A stretch of 64,000 bases of DNA from Phoronis australis (lineage: Eukaryota; Animalia; Phoronida). The stretch is from positions 124,001 to 188,000 of the forward strand of contig NMRA01000073.1 of assembly GCA_002633005.1 (NCBI GenBank), given 5' to 3'. Below are positions 53,201-62,200 of this stretch, piece by piece. The translations under genes and the position numbers were made by a program. The stretch's first letter is position 1; every line of letters begins with the position of its first letter. The notes under the pieces are model-generated. The model was not told the DNA's origin. It was given only the letters and a program-made list of their open reading frames with translations, and searched no databases.

Positions 53201-56200
53201 GGAAATGTTGACAATGTCAATGTGTTTTTCTTTAATTTGTGACTGTGTGTTTTGGGACAAGAAGGTTTCTATTTCAACTTTTACTAAGCCTGTGTGGCAT
53301 GACTGTCCTTTAATATTCCATACACTCATTCAATATTCTAACAGTTGGTTAAAGTTAATGTTTGCTCAATTGAGATAACATTTTTATCCAAGTCTATCAC
53401 ACTTGGAAACATTTTGAGAGTAAACATTTATGTGTTCAGTGAATTTGCTTTTTTGGTTGTTGTTGTGGCACAAGGTGTGTTTAGTTTTTGGTTTGGTTCA
53501 CAAATATCCACCCTCTATTACAAGAGTGTAATTATTTAATGTGTGAAACAGTGTATAGTGTTGAGACAGGGAGAGTAGTGCATTTTACATTATAATAGAC
53601 TTTCTAGACTACATCAGGGCACTGTAAAGCCTTTTATTTGCAAATAGATTTAGTAAAAAAATTAATAGTTAATCTAGATGAAAGCTGTGTCAATTCTGCT
53701 AACCAGTTCACACTACTCACCATGGCTGCACTTGTTGCTTGAGCTTACATTCCTTTCACACGATGTCACACTACTAACTCATGCTTTGCAATGAATACTG
53801 TGCACTTACTGCTATCTGGCTTGAACATTCTGTCATAAACGAACTTTAATTTGACTTAAGTGCCTAATGAGTAAGTCATTTCTTGTGCCTACAGAGTTCG
53901 CTCCGTCCATTTCTGGTAGATCCATCATCACGGGCAACTGAATGGCTTAAGACTCACCTGAAGGAAAGACGACTTGAAACTGTCAATCAACAGGTAAACA
54001 TTGGTACTGAGAACAGTATTAAATGACATTAACAATGTGCATGATAGCAGAGAGTACCACGAACAAAACGAGAGCGCTCAGAGGAGCGAAACTTGGCGGA
54101 ATTAATCGAAAACACGACGATGGGGAGGACGACGACAATCATGACGATCAAAGCGGCAATTATGAACAAGGCGGCAATTACGAATAACACAATAACATTC
54201 ATGTGACTGGCGAAGAAATCAAATAGAGACCATACAATCAACTACAATAAAGAACAATAGATGGCGCAACAGGACGGTCCAGTCTGCATTAGGACAGTGT
54301 TAGCTGGGTCAGTCTGGGTCAACTAGGCATAACCAAAACAAAGTGAACTGAAAGCCAGCCAGCTGCGTGCTTGTATAGGTGACCAAAGGAACAACGGTAT
54401 CCGAAAATCTCGAATAATTCAAAAAGTAGACGTTTTAGCGCAAAATGGAAAATATCTTCTGAAACCCCATTCCAAACTCTATCTAAAATGGTAGTTTGGC
54501 AAACACGATAACATTCATGTGACTAGCGAAGAAATCAAATAGAGAGCATACAATCAACTACAATAAAGAACAATAGATGGCGCAACATGACGGTCCAGTC
54601 TACAGTAGAACAGTGCTGGCTGGGTCAGTCTGGGTCAACTAGGCATAATCAAAACAAAGTGAACTGAAAGCCAGCCAGCTGCGTGCTTGCATAGGTGACC
54701 GAAGGAACAACGGTATCTGAAAATCTCGAATAATTCAAAAAGTAGACGTTGTAGCGCAAAATGGAAAATATCTTCTGAAAGCCCGTTCAAAATTCTATCT
54801 AAGGTGGTAGTTTGGCAAAAATCAAAAAAAATTTCGAGAAAATTGAAAATTTGCTGTTTTTTTTGAAATTCAAAGTCAAATAACTCGAAAACGGTAAGTC
54901 TGAGAAATACGCTCTCGCAGACTTTTTGAAAGGCCATACTTCAAGGAATCCACATGCAAAAATTCACGTCATTTGCTCTTCCCGTTAAAATGCGACACCA
55001 GAGCGATTGAAACCGTGTGAACATGCGCCACAGCCGCCATCTTGAAAGTGACTTCCGATTCAATATTTTTATATAAAAGCGTACTATGAAACTCAACAAA
55101 CACTTGACCAGCTTGAAAGTGATTGGTTTGCAAATGCGCCCTCTACAGGAGACAACGTTTTTGGCCATATTTCGGGGTGCGCATGTGCCACTTGCAATAT
55201 TTCCGCCATCTTTGACCGGAAGTCAACGATTTTTTGCACACTTGTAGCACATGCGTTCTAGTATAATCGTACCGATTTTCAGTCATGTACGTTGAAAAAT
55301 GCGGCCTCTACGAGCATTTGACTGTGAAATCGGATACAAAATGGCTGCCACGTCCGCCATTTTGTATCCGATCATGACCAAAAACAATAGGCTTTCAGGA
55401 CTTTCCGATCTACACGTCGTGTGCAACTTTCGTGAAAATCAGACGAAAATTGCGACCAGTAGAGTGCGAACAAACAAAAAAAAAACTTGCTGTCAGACCA
55501 ACATAATTCTTCGAATTCCGCCAAGTAACCAGGGGTAAGAGTTATGAACTAGATCACAGAAAGTTGTTCCAAGCTCTGGTGTACGCTTTTTGCAAGAGTG
55601 TCAAGAATTAATTTCCTGAATAGATTGTCTATAGAATAGATTACATAATTTTTTGTTTTCTTTAGAACTGATGTTTTTCCACATCCATGAGGATGCATAA
55701 CATCACGCTTCTTCATATTTGTGCCTTTTTAACTTCGTATACGGTCTGATTGTTGGCGTGTGCCGGAGTTCTATTCATGAAGTTTACATTGTGCGTAGGA
55801 CTCCAACTTTAACACAGCCCTTGAGCTGGCTGTCAGATTTGGCAAGACATTGATCATCCAAGAGATGGATGGAATAGAGCCCGTCCTCTACCCCCTACTG
55901 AGAGGTGACCTCGTATCACAAGGTATGTAATAAATTAGTCAATAGTAAGTAACAATAGTTTTTGTTGGTAGACTTAATTATGCCCATTAAGCTTAATTAT
56001 GCCCATTAAGCTTAATTATGCCCTGTTTATCATTTCCGTGGACTTGGTAGTTCACTGCAGAGTTAAAAAAAATATGAATTTAGCTATTTGTGCAACCAGA
56101 GACTGTCAAAAATCAGTAATGTGACATGTCTTTAGTAGTTCTCTTAACGTTACCTCTTATCATCACTAGTAGTCCTATTGTTACTGCAACTGTCTACTTA

Positions 56201-59200
56201 CTGCTACTAATGATAACCCATCTATAAAAATATGTAGCAGATATTATTAAGAGTAAAGGGATATTGTGTGCTGTATCAGTTATATTGTTGAAAATATTGT
56301 TATTGGTGGTAATCTTTTATTTAAAAGGACCTCGATTTGTTGTGCAAATTGGTGAAAAAATGATAGACTACAATGAAGAGTTTCGCCTATTTATGGTAAC
56401 CCGGAATCCTGCTCCTGAGATTCCTCCAGATGCAGCCTCCATCATATCTGAAGTTAATTTCACCACCACTAGGGCAGGGTTGACTGGACAGGTAAGTTTG
56501 TTGTCAATACTTATGTCTGTCAATGAAATAATCTGCCTGGTATCCGTAAGTGTGACCCAAGATATTCTTTGTTACCTTTTTCATTATATCTGGCATTTAA
56601 TTCATATAGCTATAATAGGGTTGACTTGTCTCTTAAAACACCTACACTAGTCACAAAACTTAAGACATCTTGTAGTCATGTGTTACTCCAGCTATTGTCT
56701 CTTGAAACACCAACACTTAGCATACATATTCATACATATTCGTGCATATTCTTACATATTAATACATATTCATACATATTCATATGTATTCACATATTCA
56801 TACATATTCTTACAATATATACATATTCATACAATCATACATCTTATAATAATTGCTCCAGCTATTGTGTCTCTTGTAACACCAACACTTATCGTACATA
56901 TTCATACACATTCGTGCATATTCTTACATATTAATACATATTCATACATATTAACTTGTTACCTCAATGTGTTTCTAGAGCTTTTGTCTCTTGAAACACT
57001 GACACTTATCATCCATATTCATACATTTCATACGTATACATATTCATACATCTTATAATCTCAATGTGTTACTCCCGGCCAGCTATTGTCTCTTGAAACA
57101 CCAACACTGTCTTATACATATTCATTTTCATGCATCTTATAATCTCAATGTGTTTCTCCAGCTACTGTTTCTTGAAACACCAACACTTATCATACATATT
57201 CATACATATTCATGCATATTATAATCTCATTGTGTTACTCCAGCTATTCTCTCTTGAAACACCAACACTGTCTTATACATAATTCATTTTCATGCATCTT
57301 ATAATCTCAATGTGTTTCGCCAGCTACTGTCTCTTGTAACACCAACACTTATCGTACATATTCATACATATTCATGTATCTTATAACCTCAATGTGTTTC
57401 TGTAGCTATTGTCTCTTGAAACACCGACACTTATCATGCATATTCATACACATTCATACATATTCATACATCTTATAACCTCAATGTGTTTCTCCAGCTA
57501 TTGGCTCAGACCATCCAGCATGAGAAGCCAGAGCTAGAAGTGAGGAAGACTGAACTGCTGAAGCAAGAGGAAGACCTGAAGATACAGCTGGCCAAGCTGG
57601 AAGAGTCTTTACTGGAGGTAGGGCATGCGGTCATCTGGACCTGCTTAATCAGGAATTATGGCTTGGGGGCCATCGGTGTGGTCAGGAACTAAGGCTTGGG
57701 CCAGAGTGATAAGTTTCATCAGGAACCAGGGCTTGGGCCAGATGGGGGAGTTTTTCATTGTTGTAGAGCTTGGGTCCAGATAAAGGAGTCTCCCCTGTTC
57801 TGACAGAGAACCTACCTTGGAGGTAGGACATGTAGCTGGGTAGGGTTGTGTCTTTCCTGGTGGTAGGACATTGGATCAGAGAACAGGAGTTTCTCCTGGA
57901 GGTAAGACATAGGGTCAGACAAAGAAGTCTCTCTGGGAGATGGGGTTTCTGGTCAGACAGATGATCTGCCTTGTAAGGACGGCTCAAGTTAATATGAATT
58001 CAAACTGAAAGTATCCCACTGATTTCAGGAACTTGCCAATGCTAAAGGTAACATTCTAGAGAACAAAGAGCTGATTGCTTCACTGGAAAAAACCAAGGAT
58101 AGCTCACAGACTATACAGAACTCGCTGAGGGAGTCTTCAGTGCTGCAGAATGACTTGGACAAGGTGTGTGGAACTTATAGAAAGCCTTTCTGATGGAAGA
58201 CCCACTGACATAGTGTAATCCTCTAAACTGTTAAACTGCTTTTTGCTGACATTAATTAAATATTAATAAATATTCTTTTACTTCTTTTGGCAACGTCAAG
58301 ATTGGGTGGAACTTGTCTAATGATGTATGCATTAATTGGGGAACTGAAAATTCATTTCTAGAATTGCACTTGTGGGCAAATTAGTGTTAATGTAGGTCCT
58401 CTCATCTAACCTCTCAAGTCATGAACCATAGCTATTTACATTTTTTTAGTTTTTACAATTATTATTATTACATATGCATATCACCACAAGCTTTGTTAGT
58501 TTCCAAAAAGTTAATTATATTTCATTATGTTATTGGTGGCCACATATTTGTGTCCGAATGATCATTTCCTTGTTTTTTATCAGAAAAGGGCTGCTTTTTG
58601 TTGTTTCCTGTTATAATATTGATTTTATTTATTTATTTATACCATTTATTCATTCTGTACACATAGCTACGGGCCCAAAGTATAACATGACAAATTATCA
58701 AGCTTATGTCGTGTTACACAATGTCACTCCTCTCTTCAACACCAAATGTATAAACTTCATAGCAGATTCATGTGGATTGCTTCACAAGTTTGAGACTTTG
58801 TGCCGAGTTGAGGATTACAAAATTATGGCTGACAAAACAAATGGACCTGAGATCTGAATAATGCTCACATTCTATTGAAAAGTGAATTTTGTACTGATTG
58901 TGACGTAACAAGCAATCTTTCATTGTGTGCTTTTTTTACAAATGGTGTCCATAATCTACAAAAAGATAATAATTTGCATGTGTTTTGTCTCACTCTGTAG
59001 GAGCGCAGTGCCTACTTGCCACTTGCTGAAAACGGTAGTCGTCTCTTCTTTGTGATTGGTGACTTGGCCAAGATCAACAACATGTATCGGTTCAGCCTGT
59101 CCTCATTTCTCCGACTATTCCAGCGTGCTCTTGATGGAAAAGCGGTAAGTCATCACCATACAATGCTGCCCTCTATATTGCTGTTGCATTCATCTGATTT

Positions 59201-62200
59201 GTGGCTCTAAAATAACATAAAACCAATATTTGGCACATCTCAGAATTTTTCCGTTCACAGAGTTTAAAACACTACGAAAAATTAGTTTCATGTTACACAA
59301 CTGTTAATGTCACAATAGTTTGTTAAATAGTAATTTCACACGTTTCAGTTAATATATTATTTGGTGAGTAAGGAGATTTATTGTTCTTTTAGTTTGTTAG
59401 TAAGGAATCTTTCCGTAAATTGTTTTATTTATTGAGTAAGGAATAGATGAATAATTCAGCATATTGAAAATCATATTAGATCAGTTTAACTTGAAGGTTT
59501 ATCGAGGGCTTTTTAGGTAATATGACTATTTCCTTGGGACATCCGCTTTCACACAATGGTGAATGTCGAATACTTATGACTTCCATAGCAGTGGTTAATG
59601 TAACTTTATGTTAACAGTCCTTCCATGAATTTATCACAATAAAATTACAAAATAACATTGTTATGGTAGTCCATTTAAATTTCAAAACACTCTATTTATT
59701 TCACTCCTTTGCTATACTGTTCATAACCATTACATACCATCTTTAGGATCATGGCAGTACAGACATGCGTATCAAGTCTCTCGTTAGCAGCCTTCAACAT
59801 CTGGTTTATGAATACGTCTGTCGCTCTCTGTTCAAAACCGACCGACTCATGTTTGCTCTACACATGGTCCATGGAATGAACCCTGACATGTTCCAAGAAA
59901 ATGTAAGTATGGCTTAACAAATGTGTACATTGTTCCTAATCATAGAATCTATGGCTTGAACTTTACTTTGTAAACAAAATGCAAAATTAATTAGTGTTTG
60001 TCATCATTCAGATAAGGGAAGAAGACAATAGAAATAGTGCATCATAAAATAGGATTTGCATAATGCTTTAGAAAAGTGGTGGGAATTGGAAAATTTTCAG
60101 AATCAATTAATTTAAAACCTGTCCGATTATGGGCTCGATTCTAAATCAGTTTTTAGTGACGTTATCAATGAGTTTTGGCAAGGCTGTTCACTAAAACAGG
60201 CAATGGTACAGGATCAAAACAGAGATTTTTTTTCTCCAGAGAACAGCAGATGACTTTGCACTATGGTACTAGACAATGATTTATGTGCGAACGAGGTGGC
60301 TTTGCCATGGGTGTATGATTAAAAAATTTGCTAATTATACCGAACAAACTTTTGTTTGCAATCGAGTAGACTTAATCGCATTTCATGAATTTTAAAATTG
60401 TTTAGCGAGATTGCAGCCACAATTTTACTGTCTTGGAATCGATTTCAATTTAATGTTTTCCTTTAGCACCAATGTCGGTGACAAGTTGTCTAATGGTTGC
60501 AACACTACTTTAGAGTGATGTTAATTAGGCATCTTAGTTTTGTAGTCTACCAAACAGTCCAGTCAGGCCTGGATTTCTTGTCCATTTCCACCTTTCCATG
60601 TGTCTAGATAGCAATATGCTCTTGATGACAACAGTATTGTCTCAAATCTTGTGTCACCATAAATACAACAGTCCATCTAATCTAGGACATGTAGTGTATG
60701 GCCTTCTCCAACAATTTGTGTATTGTTGCCAGGAATGGGAAGCTTTCTGTGGCCTTGTTGTTTCCGACGTCAAAGCAGATGGCAAGACACGTGAAATCCC
60801 TGATTGGATTGATCAGGAGCGGGTGTCCGCTGTGTCATTGCTGAAGGTAAGTTACCACCAGTATGTCAAGTGCAAATTGTTTAACAATTAATTAGTTGTA
60901 AAACCTAAATTTGATTTGATCGGTTGCATGTGTGACCAATGTGTTGCCTCTGTTATTGAAAAATTTCATTTTTCTTGTTATTGACAATAACTGTGGATTC
61001 TGGTTTATTAATGACAAAAACATATTAAGCTTGGCCATTCACACACATACAAGTAATTCTCATTTTGAAAATATTTTCCTGTTTTTAATTATTGTTCGTA
61101 TGAGAAGAAATTTGGTAACTTTGTTGTCTCTGGCTTTACAAAATTATGTTTCCTATGTGTTTTTGAGTCGTTGTGATTGCAATGTTGGTTACTATATTCC
61201 AGTCGACCTTCTCCAAGTTGTACAATGAACTGAACCTGAAGGACACAAGCCTGTGGTCGTCATACAGTCGTAGTAACTTGTGTGAGGATGAGATACCTCG
61301 TGACATCAAGAAGAGAATCACACCATTCCAGGAAGTCCTGGTTGTCCAGGCAACTAGACCAGATCGTCTGCAGAGTGCTATGACTAAGTTTGCCTGCAGC
61401 TCTTTAAGTAAGCTGTAGATGTCGCTAGTGTGTCCATTAGCTATTCAAGAAGCAGTTGGGATCAATGTCAGATGATTTATGGTTTTCAGCATTTCACAGA
61501 CATTTTAAGTCTGGTCTGCATGCCACCTGGTAGCCATATCAGTAGTGTAGAATTTAAATGCGACACAATTTGTTAATGAAAAAAAAACTTGAAATTTTAT
61601 TTCATTGAAATGTTTATTTCACAGTTCTCACAGGTTTTTGAGTCAAAAATCTCACAAACGTGATTAGAACGATTACTGTGTGAAGCAGCAGTTAGAGTAT
61701 TCCTGATTCATAAACAATTGAAACAATCACCATGTTGCCAGTGCATATCTCTTAGTTGCCAGTGCATATCTCTTAGTAGCCAGATGCTTAGGACATTTTA
61801 CTGGTATGTAAAATTTTACATTTTGGTCATCTGATCAAGAGAGGCGGAACCAAAAATAGATTTTTAGGTCATACTTCACTAAACAACTTTCATTTCAGGC
61901 ATGAAGGAGTTGTCTCCCCCTACAGTCAATCTCAAGCGCCTGTTTGAGAACGAGACTCTCCCCACAGAACCAGTGTTGATCATCATCTCCGCTGGTGCCG
62001 ATCCCTCTCAGGAACTTCAGGACTTAGCTAAGGAATCAATTGGCGCTGACAAGTATCATCAGGTATGTTGGTCAGTTAGATGTCTTTTATGAACAGCATT
62101 TCCATGTTGTGACATTGTGTTTTAAGACATCATGCTTTCATCTGAAAAAATGTCAAAATTTGGCTTACTTCAGAACATGGTATCTCAAGTGGCTCGTCAG

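Noticed and set aside
54029-55538. ORFs within the second HINE as transposase remnants
   Set aside because: Short, with no Rep/helicase, DDE or RT motifs; the element is non-autonomous.
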